A program made the position numbers and the translations under genes. From Clostridia bacterium (GTDB lineage Bacteria > Bacillota > Clostridia > UMGS1883): 64,000 bases of DNA. How positions within the stretch are numbered: the first letter of the stretch is position 1; the number at the start of each line of letters is the position of its first letter. The notes under the pieces are model-generated. The model saw nothing but the letters and a program-made list of their open reading frames with translations, was not told the origin of the DNA and ran no database searches. This document shows, one piece after another, positions 21,786 to 30,800 of this stretch. The stretch covers positions 9,867 to 73,866 of the forward strand of contig JBJDXJ010000063.1 in NCBI GenBank assembly GCA_051866635.1. The letters are read 5' to 3'.

Positions 21786-22385
21786 ATGATAAGAAATCGA
21801 GTAGACCTTAAATCCCTTAATTCATTCGGGATATGCAAAGCATACGTTGATGAAAATTCCGTAAGTATTAAAGTATATGGTGTGTCAGGCTGTTTAAAGG
21901 TATGGCTTACAGGTGATAAAACAGTGGAGCTTGGCAATGTTGTGGACGGAAGCCTAAAAAAAGAAATTGACACCTCGCCCTTTGAAGGAATTTTGATAAC
22001 TCAAAGCGGAAGACAAATGTTCTACGGAAAATTTCGGGAAGACGATAAAACTGAAGTACAACAGCAACCCTCATCATCACCGAAGGCTGAAATTTTTAAT
22101 TTCAAAGACGGCTACAACTGGCGTGAAATCACCACAAAGGAATTTCCCTCTGAAAATCTTTCCGTAAGATACATATTAAGCCATAAATGCTTTTACAGTG
22201 CCTTTTTGCTTCACGGCAGATATTTTTACGGCACAAAGGAAAACCGCTGTGCAGTTGCCATTGAATGTAATATAAAAAGTGAACCTCATCCCTTTTTACA
22301 CCTTTCTGCCTATTCAACATACAAGGACGGCTACATGATAGTATGTGTAAATACAGAAAATAAAACCTTTTGCAGTTATGAATAA
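21786..22385 (+). CDS. Hypothetical protein (~199 aa)
   Basis: Start chosen at MIRNRVDLKSL with a GGGAGAG RBS. The track's 21711 start adds an implausible hydrophobic extension. No recognisable domain. Confidence 0.45.
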   Translation: MIRNRVDLKSLNSFGICKAYVDENSVSIKVYGVSGCLKVWLTGDKTVELGNVVDGSLKKEIDTSPFEGILITQSGRQMFYGKFREDDKTEVQQQPSSSPKAEIFNFKDGYNWREITTKEFPSENLSVRYILSHKCFYSAFLLHGRYFYGTKENRCAVAIECNIKSEPHPFLHLSAYSTYKDGYMIVCVNTENKTFCSYE

Positions 22386-22428
22386 TATAAACTAACAGGG
22401 AAAGAATAGAAACAGAAAGGATGATTTT

Positions 22429-22614
22429 ATGATTAATGTATCCGTAAAAGAGTTTCACGCCATAGAAACTCAACTTGAAGCAGAAAAAATACTGATAAAT
22501 AAATATCGGGATTTTGCCAAATCCGCTACAGAAAACAATCTTCGTGACAAATGCTTAAACATTGCATCGGTCCACGAAAAGCACTATAATACATTATTGG
22601 GATACCTTAAATAA
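22429..22614 (+). CDS. Small Coat-F-domain-like (spore coat protein F family) protein
   Basis: 61 aa. ...NNLRDKCLNIASVHEKH... resembles the CotF NP.LR..L......E motif. Confidence 0.45.
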   Translation: MINVSVKEFHAIETQLEAEKILINKYRDFAKSATENNLRDKCLNIASVHEKHYNTLLGYLK

Positions 22615-22625
22615 AAGGAGCAGTT

Positions 22626-22868
22626 ATGGATAAAAATCAATCAATCAAAGAATTTCAGAACAATCAGAAGCACATAGGTTCAAACTACTATTCCTTTGCC
22701 AATGAATGTGAAAACCCTAATTTAAGAATTGACTTTCTCGCTTTCGCACGTGAAGAAAGTGACATTATCACTTGGCTTAATTATGAGCTTGACGAGGGCG
22801 AAGTTCCGCCTAAAAATTATGCCCCCGAATTACAGGTAAAAGAGGCTTATACGAAATATTCACAGTGA
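22626..22868 (+). CDS. Coat-F-domain (spore coat protein F family) protein
   Basis: 80 aa. NYYSFANECENPNLRIDFLAFAREESDIITWL matches the CotF consensus. Follows 22429 by 12 bp. Confidence 0.55.
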   Translation: MDKNQSIKEFQNNQKHIGSNYYSFANECENPNLRIDFLAFAREESDIITWLNYELDEGEVPPKNYAPELQVKEAYTKYSQ

Positions 22869-22932
22869 AAACAGCTTGGACGGCATTACCATATGCCATC
22901 CAAGCTGTTTTTATGTTTTCATGTTTGTATGA

Positions 22933-24132
22933 TTATTCCCCAAGGCTGAATTTGAATATAGCCGATTCGTCCTCCCAGTTTTCGTTGGATACCCAGTAAA
23001 CTGTTTTATCTGTTAAATTATAAACAACAGAATGTACAGTACAAGTATTTTTATCGTCATTATTCCAGCCTCGCCTGCCAACTGTGGAAAGAAGGGTCAT
23101 TGCCTCTTTTTCATCCTTTACAACGCCATCTGTTTCGTTAAGGACTTCATAGAGCCTTTCGTAACGGTCAAGACCTTTCATGTCATCTTCATTTGTGTAA
23201 TAGTGGGGTTCTAACACAAAATTTGTAATCCACTGATAATCAGCTTCTTTTTCCCTTTCGCCTATATATCCGTCATTGTCGTTATAATGCACCTTAAGCT
23301 CACGCTTTTCTCCGTCGTTATCTGTCTCGTCAGTGCCTGCTACCCATTCAAGTATGGCACTTTTCCCTGTTGCATCTGCCACCATATAGTGATAAGAAGT
23401 ATTAGCACTGTCATGAAGGTCATATTCACGAACAAGACTTACAGCTTCTTCAACGCTGTCTGCATAGTCAAGTATTAATCTTAACATAGTTGTTGATGTT
23501 ATATCGGGCTTATCCGTGTTCTGATTTGTGGCAACAGTTTCCTTACCCTGATATGTCATATAAATACCGCAACTTACGCCTGCATCGTTAATGCCGTCAA
23601 TGGGTGCGTAAGGTGCTGCAAGGCATGTAATTTTATCCATAAGTCCGCCTAAATCACTATTTACATCAATGCCTAAAAACTGTAAATCCACCGTGGAGAT
23701 TGTGGCGTGTCTGTCACCTTGAGCTTTAGTAAATACAAGACAAGTATTTGTCTTTGAAAAGTCGTAATTTCTGCCGAAAAGTCTCTTTCCGTCAGTTGTC
23801 TGTACAGTAAAGGAGGAACAGCCGATTTCGGGGCTTTCCATGCCCATATCAATAAGACCTTTTGTAATCTTACCTGTTACAAAGTTTATAAGCTCACCGT
23901 CGCTTTTCGCACCGCCCTCTGCCAAAAATTCATCAAAGTAAAATCCGCCCTTAACGTCCATTGTATAAACCGCACCGTCCATATGCTCGTCGTTACGGTC
24001 ACGCACTTTTTTTATGCTCATAAGTGTTGAAATTTCTTTTCCCCAAACAGCATAAACTGCTATGCCAAGAATAAGCACAATTGCAATTATTACTATTACT
24101 GTGCCGAGTAAAATTTTTTGCCATTTCTGCAT
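22933..24132 (-). CDS. Membrane-anchored linear-amide C-N hydrolase (choloylglycine hydrolase / Ntn-hydrolase family)
   Basis: N-terminal transmembrane anchor, then GCSSFTVQTTDGKRLFGRNYDF: nucleophile Cys followed by the GRN.D signature of the CBAH family. Confidence 0.55.
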   Translation of the reverse strand: MQKWQKILLGTVIVIIAIVLILGIAVYAVWGKEISTLMSIKKVRDRNDEHMDGAVYTMDVKGGFYFDEFLAEGGAKSDGELINFVTGKITKGLIDMGMESPEIGCSSFTVQTTDGKRLFGRNYDFSKTNTCLVFTKAQGDRHATISTVDLQFLGIDVNSDLGGLMDKITCLAAPYAPIDGINDAGVSCGIYMTYQGKETVATNQNTDKPDITSTTMLRLILDYADSVEEAVSLVREYDLHDSANTSYHYMVADATGKSAILEWVAGTDETDNDGEKRELKVHYNDNDGYIGEREKEADYQWITNFVLEPHYYTNEDDMKGLDRYERLYEVLNETDGVVKDEKEAMTLLSTVGRRGWNNDDKNTCTVHSVVYNLTDKTVYWVSNENWEDESAIFKFSLGE

Positions 24133-24147
24133 AGAATAAAACCTTTC

Positions 24148-25524
24148 TTATCTTAAAAACATATGAATTAAAAATTCGTTTACTTTTTTAAAGGGCTGAT
24201 ACCTCATAGGTAAATCAATCCATGTTTTTTTGTCAACAATGCTCTTTTCGTGGCTGAATGTATCAAAACCGTACTTTCCGTGGTATGAACCCATACCGCT
24301 CTCACCCATGCCGCCAAATCCCATACGGCTTGTTGCAAGGTGTATAACAACGTCGTTCACACATCCGCCTCCGAAGGGGCATCGGTTTGTAACTTTTTTA
24401 ATAACCTTTTTATCCTCAGAGAATATATACAATGCCAAAGGTGAAGGATGATTATTTACGGTTTCTATCACATCATCTGTATCACTATAGGTCAATATGG
24501 GAAGTATGGGTCCGAAAATTTCTTCACCCATAACACTGTCGTCCCAAGTTACATTATCCATAACCGTAGGTTCAATTTTAAGCTTTTCCCTATCACTTTT
24601 ACCGCCTTTTACAACCTTATCAAAGTCGATAAGACTGCAAATTCTGTCAAAATGCTTATTATTTATTATCTTTCCGTAATCGGGGTTTTCAAGGGCATTT
24701 CCAAATTGCTTATCAATTTCCTTCTTTAAATTTTCCAAAAGATTGTCTTTCACATCCTTATGGCAAAGGATATAGTCAGGTGCAACACAGGTCTGCCCCA
24801 AGTTTAAATATTTCCCCCACACAATACGCTTTGCACTAAGCTTTATATTGGCACTTTTATCCACAATACAAGGGCTTTTGCCACCTAATTCCAGCGTTAC
24901 GGGCGTAAGATTTTTTGATGCCTTTTCCATAACAAGTCTGCCTACAGTTTTGCCACCTGTGAAAAATATGTAGTCAAATTTTTGTTCCAAAAGGCTTTTA
25001 TTTTCTTCTCTGCCTCCATCTACAAATGCAACGTATTTTTCATCAAAGGTTCCCTTTATAATTTCGCCTAAAACTTTTGTTGTATAAGGTGAATATGCAC
25101 TTGGTTTAACAACAGCCGTGTTGCCGGCGGCAAGTGCATCAACAAGCGGTTCAACAGTTAAAAGGAAAGGGTAATTCCATGGACTCATAATAAGGCATAC
25201 ACCGTAGGGTGACTTTTTAACATAACTTCTTGCGTGAAACTGTGCAAGAGGTGTCAGTTTTGTTTTGTCCTTAGCAAATTTTTTTATATGGCTTAACATA
25301 AAGCTGATTTCGCTAAGCACAAGCCCTGTTTCGCACATGTAACCCTCAAAGGCACTTTTTCCCAAGTCCTTTTTTATGGCTTCGTTAATTTTATCGGTAT
25401 TGTCTTCAATAGCCTTTTTAAGTTTTTTAAGTGCTTCTATACGGAATTTAACATCCAGCGTTTCGCCCGTTTTAAAATAGGAACGCTGTTTTTCAACGAT
25501 ATTTTTAATTTCTTCCTGGGTCAT
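24148..25524 (-). CDS. Aldehyde dehydrogenase (ALDH3-like, fatty/aromatic aldehyde type)
   Basis: 458 aa with LELGGKSP catalytic-Glu motif and Cys motif CVAPDY. Confidence 0.85.
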   Translation of the reverse strand: MTQEEIKNIVEKQRSYFKTGETLDVKFRIEALKKLKKAIEDNTDKINEAIKKDLGKSAFEGYMCETGLVLSEISFMLSHIKKFAKDKTKLTPLAQFHARSYVKKSPYGVCLIMSPWNYPFLLTVEPLVDALAAGNTAVVKPSAYSPYTTKVLGEIIKGTFDEKYVAFVDGGREENKSLLEQKFDYIFFTGGKTVGRLVMEKASKNLTPVTLELGGKSPCIVDKSANIKLSAKRIVWGKYLNLGQTCVAPDYILCHKDVKDNLLENLKKEIDKQFGNALENPDYGKIINNKHFDRICSLIDFDKVVKGGKSDREKLKIEPTVMDNVTWDDSVMGEEIFGPILPILTYSDTDDVIETVNNHPSPLALYIFSEDKKVIKKVTNRCPFGGGCVNDVVIHLATSRMGFGGMGESGMGSYHGKYGFDTFSHEKSIVDKKTWIDLPMRYQPFKKVNEFLIHMFLR

Positions 25525-25526
25525 TA

Positions 25527-26750
25527 TTACACCGCCTTAACATCAAAATAGAACTTTTCCAAATCCTTTGCATCCATCAGCTTAGGCACAGGGTACAAGG
25601 GGTTTGCTTCCTTTGCCGCAAGGTGGGCAAGACGAGGTATATCCTCTTCTTTAATCCCTTCTATTTTATCGGGAATATTCATGGTTTTGTTCATTTCTTC
25701 AATTTTCTTAATGAAAGCCTCTGCACCGTCTTTATCGGATGCATTTTTATCAACAATTTTTATAGCTCTTGCAAGCTCTCCAAGCTTTTTATATACACTT
25801 TCGCCGTATCCCTTTAATACATAAGGAAGCAGTACCGCATTTGCCAAGCCGTGAGGTACACCGTACTCACCACCCAAAGTGTGTGCAACTGCATGGCAGT
25901 AACCAACATATGAAGTTGAAAAGGCTCTTCCTGCCAAAAAGGAGGCATAGAGCATATTTACCCTTGCACTTTTATTTTCAGGATTGTTATACGCTTCAAA
26001 CAGATTTTCGCATATAAGCTGAAGTGCAAAAATTGCATCACGTCTTGTTGATTTCGTTGTTGAATTTCCTATATACGCCTCAACCGCATGAGTTAAAGCA
26101 TCCATACCTGTTGTTGCCACAATATGGGGCGGCAGAGTAGCCGTAGTTTCAGGGTCATGAACTGCCACACGTGGAATAAGCGGAAAGTCATTAATGGGAA
26201 CTTTATGATGTGTTTTTTCATCTGTTATAACACTTGCAAGTGTTACTTCACTGCCTGTACCTGCTGTTGTAGGCACCGCAATAAGAAATGGTATACTTTT
26301 TCTTATTTTCAATATACCGCCCATTTTTTGAACAGGCTGCTTCTTTTTTGCAATGCGGGCACCTACAGCCTTTGCACAGTCAATACTTGAACCTCCGCCT
26401 AAACCAATCAATGCCTGACAACCGCTTTTAATATAAAGTGCCCTTGCATCTTCCACATTTTCAATTGTGGGATTGGGAACAGTCTTATCAAAAATAACAT
26501 AGCTTATCTGGTTGGCTTTAAGTGCATTTTCAAGCTTTTTAAAAGCATCAATACGCCTTACGGTCTTATCGGTGACAATAAGCACATTATTAAAATCCTT
26601 TTCACGGAGTATAATAGGTATTTTTTCAATTGTTTCCGTAATGCGGGGGCTTCTGTAAGGCATAAATGGAATTGCAATTTTAAAAATGTTCTGAAAAGCT
26701 CTGTAATATATCTTTTGTAATACGTTCATATTCTTTTCCTTTCTCAGCAC
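25527..26750 (-). CDS. Iron-containing (group III) alcohol dehydrogenase
   Basis: GGGSSIDCAKA NAD-binding motif and His-rich metal site (HAVAHTLGG). The start may instead be the MNVLQ Met 7 codons in. Confidence 0.85.
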   Translation of the reverse strand: MLRKEKNMNVLQKIYYRAFQNIFKIAIPFMPYRSPRITETIEKIPIILREKDFNNVLIVTDKTVRRIDAFKKLENALKANQISYVIFDKTVPNPTIENVEDARALYIKSGCQALIGLGGGSSIDCAKAVGARIAKKKQPVQKMGGILKIRKSIPFLIAVPTTAGTGSEVTLASVITDEKTHHKVPINDFPLIPRVAVHDPETTATLPPHIVATTGMDALTHAVEAYIGNSTTKSTRRDAIFALQLICENLFEAYNNPENKSARVNMLYASFLAGRAFSTSYVGYCHAVAHTLGGEYGVPHGLANAVLLPYVLKGYGESVYKKLGELARAIKIVDKNASDKDGAEAFIKKIEEMNKTMNIPDKIEGIKEEDIPRLAHLAAKEANPLYPVPKLMDAKDLEKFYFDVKAV

Positions 26751-27172
26751 ATTTGTGCCAAATTACTTACTATCTTTTCAAAAGCAGTGTAAAAAATGGC
26801 TCTTTCCTGATTTGAAAGCCCTTCCCCTGCTTTTTGTACAACACGGTTTATCTTGTCATTTATGTCACTTACTACCTTTTTGCCGGCATCTGTCACAAAA
26901 TAACGTGCCTTATACTTTTTTCCGTCCTCCTGACTGACGTAGCCTTTTTCCTTCAAAACAGCAAGAGACTTTGAAACACCTGCCTTGTCCTCCATGCATT
27001 TATCACAAAGTTCCACTGCCGTAAGTCCGTCTGAATTTTTCCCCAAAAATAAAAGGCACGCCACATTGGACCCTTTTAACCCGTATTCTATCATTTCCTG
27101 GGCTTTAATTTTCAAAATATACTTGTATGCCAATGTAACCTGACTTGTAAATTCTTCAAACCTATGTATCAT
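26744..27172 (-). CDS. MarR-family transcriptional regulator
   Basis: Winged-HTH (LTAVELCDKCMEDKAGVSKSLAVLKEKGYV). Start set at MIHRFEEF with an AGGAGG RBS; the track's 27286 start is an upstream extension. Overlaps the ADH start by 7 bp. Confidence 0.75.
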   Translation of the reverse strand: MIHRFEEFTSQVTLAYKYILKIKAQEMIEYGLKGSNVACLLFLGKNSDGLTAVELCDKCMEDKAGVSKSLAVLKEKGYVSQEDGKKYKARYFVTDAGKKVVSDINDKINRVVQKAGEGLSNQERAIFYTAFEKIVSNLAQMC

Positions 27173-27188
27173 ACAAAACCTCCTGTCG

Positions 27189-27214
27189 AATTTTGTTGAC
27201 ATCTCAACAAAATT
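27189..27214. promoter_or_regulatory. Perfect 11-bp inverted repeat AATTTTGTTGA-CATC-TCAACAAAATT, candidate MarR operator overlapping a TTGACA -35
   Basis: Palindrome lies 17 bp upstream of the MarR start codon and is typical of MarR autoregulatory sites. Confidence 0.6.
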
Positions 27215-27369
27215 TATTATACCATATTTTTCTCGATGTGTCAATAAAAAAGGTGTAGGCTCATTTGAGAACATTATACTGTGCAAAATCAGGCATGTCC
27301 CGGATACAAAATATTTTTTCGTTAAATCTCTTTTTCAATTTATTTATGCTTATTATAATCAAGACGACA

Positions 27370-27410
27370 AAAAACAGCTTGGAAAGCGAAAAAGCTCTCC
27401 AAGCTATCAG
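27370..27410 (-). terminator. Hairpin with T-run on minus strand (terminator-like) inside a 570-bp intergenic region
   Basis: AGCTTGGAGAGC/GCTTTCCAAGCT stem followed by GTTTTTTGT on the minus strand. Confidence 0.45.
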
Positions 27411-27807
27411 TTAGTTTGATTTATTTAGGATGATTTACAATAGATTATCAGGTTTTTTAAGACAATATCTTCAGCCCCTTGTGCTTGCTTTTAGTCAAGG
27501 ATTATTCGACAGTACGACGTTCCCAAATGGCTTCCCGTCCCCAAATGAATCCCTCTGTGTTTTAATTATTCAGTTCTTAAAGTAGAGACTTAAGTGAATT
27601 GTTCCAATAAGGGATTAACCAAAACCATAGTCGTCTTGTTTATACCGGCCACAAACGCATCTAAAACGAGCTGTATCACATTTTGTGACTTTTAATGCTA
27701 AATTACCTTCCAAAGATTAATGTTTGTCACAAAAGGTAAAATTTACTCAATTGCAAAACTTTAGTTTTCATACCAAATTTGTCATCAGTTAAGAAAAAGT
27801 AGCTGGC

Positions 27808-27847
27808 AAATCATAAAATATGCGGTATAGGGCAAAAAACTCCATAC
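27808..27847 (-). terminator. Rho-independent terminator of the 1387-aa SLH protein gene
   Basis: 12-bp perfect stem AATATGCGGTAT/ATACCGCATATT followed by a T-rich run on the minus strand, 12 nt after the stop. Confidence 0.65.
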
Positions 27848-27858
27848 CGCATATTTGC

Positions 27859-30800
27859 TTATTCAAATTTGCTTTTACTTTCATAAATACGATTAATCAA
27901 CAAAATTGCTTGCTCACAAGTCGTATTTCCTAACGGTAAAATTTCGTTTGCACCCACGCCTTTCATTATATCGTTATCATAAGCAAATTGAACGGATGGC
28001 ATTGCCCAACTAGAAATCTTATCATTATCGCTGAAACTATGATATTGATAATCATTAATATCTACATTTGGATACATAGCATCAACAGCTCTTACAAGCA
28101 TTGCACAAATTTCCTGCCTTGTAACAAGATTGTATGGAGCAAATTTCGTCTTAGAAACACCATTCACAATTCCAAGATTATACGCTTTTAAAATCTCCGG
28201 ATTGTTGGTATCGTTGAATCTGTTATCTTCTTTTGAAACGGTTTTACCTGTAGTCCTTTCATACAATTTAACTACTAATTCACAGAACTGTTCTCTTGTG
28301 ATATTTCTTTGGTAATTTACTTTTACACTATCCGTTACAAGTCCTGAATTTATGGCTCTTGCTACTTCTGCCTCAGCCCATGTACTCGGAGTAGAGGTCG
28401 GGAAATTGGGGAAGTATTTCACAAGTTTTGTCTGTAAGTCAATAGCAGAAACATATAGTTTACCTCCATATTCGTACACAACCTTATCTAATTCCAATAT
28501 TCCCGTATCACCCAAAACAGTTTTGTATGAAACTACCTTATTGTTATCTTGAAATGCCAAAATATATGATGCACTTCTGATATTTGCAGATTTCTTTTCA
28601 GGATAATCAAAATACTCATATCCGTTTGAAACTGCAACATCCTTTAAAACATAGTAGTCTTTTCCGCTTGGCTTAAATGAAACAGATGACGAAGAAATTG
28701 ATACCTTTACTGTAACAGAATCGGTATATCCACCATCTTCTGTAACAACAGTAACCTTCGTTGTGCCTTCTTTGATTCCAAGAATATCACAGCTTAGACC
28801 AACTACCGATACAGTTGCTACGCTACTGTCATCAACATACCATTTAACATTTTTGTTCGTTGCATCTGACGGGTTGAGTTTTGCAGTAACTACCGATGAA
28901 CCACCAGGAGAAAGGCTTATGCTTGAATCCGAAAGACTTACTGATTTTACAGCGGTTTTACTTGTTTTTCTCGGGTCATTCGGGTCTGTCGGATCACTGC
29001 CTCCTTTGTATTCTTCAAGGTTTGTTAATCCATCCTTATCATCATCGCTGTTTGCAATATCTTTTTCCTCACCTGATTCAGGCCACAAAGAATATTTGTC
29101 ACAATACCAGTCAGGAATACCATCACCATCGCGGTCGGCTTCGCTGGTGGTAATTCTTATGACTTCACTGAGTTCAGATTTTGCACCATTTTCTGCAATT
29201 GCAACTACCGCAGCATAACCTGTTGCGTTTCTTTCGCCCAAATCGATGGAATATGAATCACTTCCGGCATAGCGTTTTTCCATAACAACATCTTTATCAT
29301 TTATTGAACTGAATTTTTTGTCGCTGTAATAGATGTTATAATATACAGTATCAGCATTCAGGTCATCAAATGTAAGCTCTACTATACTGTCTCTGTCTTT
29401 TGGATTGGTATAATCAAGATTTGTTACAGCCTGCAGTTCTTCATCAGATGCAAGTTTAGCCATAAGAACATATGTACCATCGCCATCGTAATCACAATAG
29501 GCTCTAATATTCATACTTTCTTCTTTTTCTAAAGTCGTATCCAGTTTTGCCCACACATCATCAACAATTTTAAACCAGGAAATTGTTGAATAATCAATAT
29601 CTGAACCAATGCTTGCTGTTGATAATAACTCTCCTTGTGTATTTACTTCATTTGAAGACGAGATTACAAAAGGTAAATTTACACCGAAATACTCATCAAA
29701 CAATAATTGTTTGTCATATGATGAAATTGTGTATGTAGTTTCTTTGTCTGGAATAAAATATGCATGTAATTCATCATATGGCGACTTATATACAACACCA
29801 TTTGTTGTTGCTGTAATTGAATTTTTAAACAATATATTCTCTGCTGATATTGAGTTCGTGGACGTTTCGGCGATAGTCGAACTCACAATATTTGAAGTGT
29901 TTCCACTTTCATACCAAATATAATCATCATCAGATAACGAAGCAAATCCATAATCAGCTAGTCTATCAGCTTTGGAAATACTATACTTAGACTTATATGA
30001 AATATTAAATACATTTTTATACAAATAATCCTCTGTATCATTTGTATAGGCAACACCTTTTTCTAAAAAATCAGCAAAAACTCTTTCGGCAGATTTTTTA
30101 TGATTAAAAGAATGCGCTGTATTTATTTCTCTGTTGTCGTAATCGTTATTTAAATACAAATAATCTCTGTCGCTAGAAATCTCAATATCATTACTTCCGT
30201 TTAAAAGATTATTATCCATTAATCCGTAGTCAGAATTTGGAGCATCTCGATATGTCAGAGTTTGTCCATTTGAATCAGAATATGTATTTCCCCACATCAC
30301 TTCGTTACCTTCACCATCTAAGAAAGCACTTAAATAGTCATCAAATAGCCCTATTATATAATGTCCTGCTTCATGCGTTGCAACTTTTGACCATTTTTCT
30401 GTATCTTCGTCAATATTGTATTCGTTACCGCTGTAATTAACATACGCAGAGAGTTGAATTCGTTCAAACTCACTATAGTTATTTTCTAAACGTTCTGCAA
30501 CCTCTTTGCCGAGATTTTTAAATGAACTTAAACTAGCGTCTATCAGTAAATCGGTATAAAAACCGCCTGTATATGCATTTTGTGTAATATTTAACGGTTT
30601 GAACCAATATGTCTTTCCATCGGAATCTACATACGACCACTCTCGGGCAGAACCCTTTCTGTCACCGACTATTTTAATATCTGACATATTAGCATAACTT
30701 GATGATGAAGTACTACTTGTGAAAAAGCTTTCTATTCTATCTGTTTTTCCCAACAAAACTTTATTAACCATTAGGTGTCCATCAGTTGCCTGTGCAAGGT

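Noticed and set aside
27430-27582. 50-codon plus-strand ORF in the 27.3-27.9 kb gap
   Set aside because: AGGA abuts the ATG with no spacer, the peptide has no recognisable features, and it is more likely non-coding.
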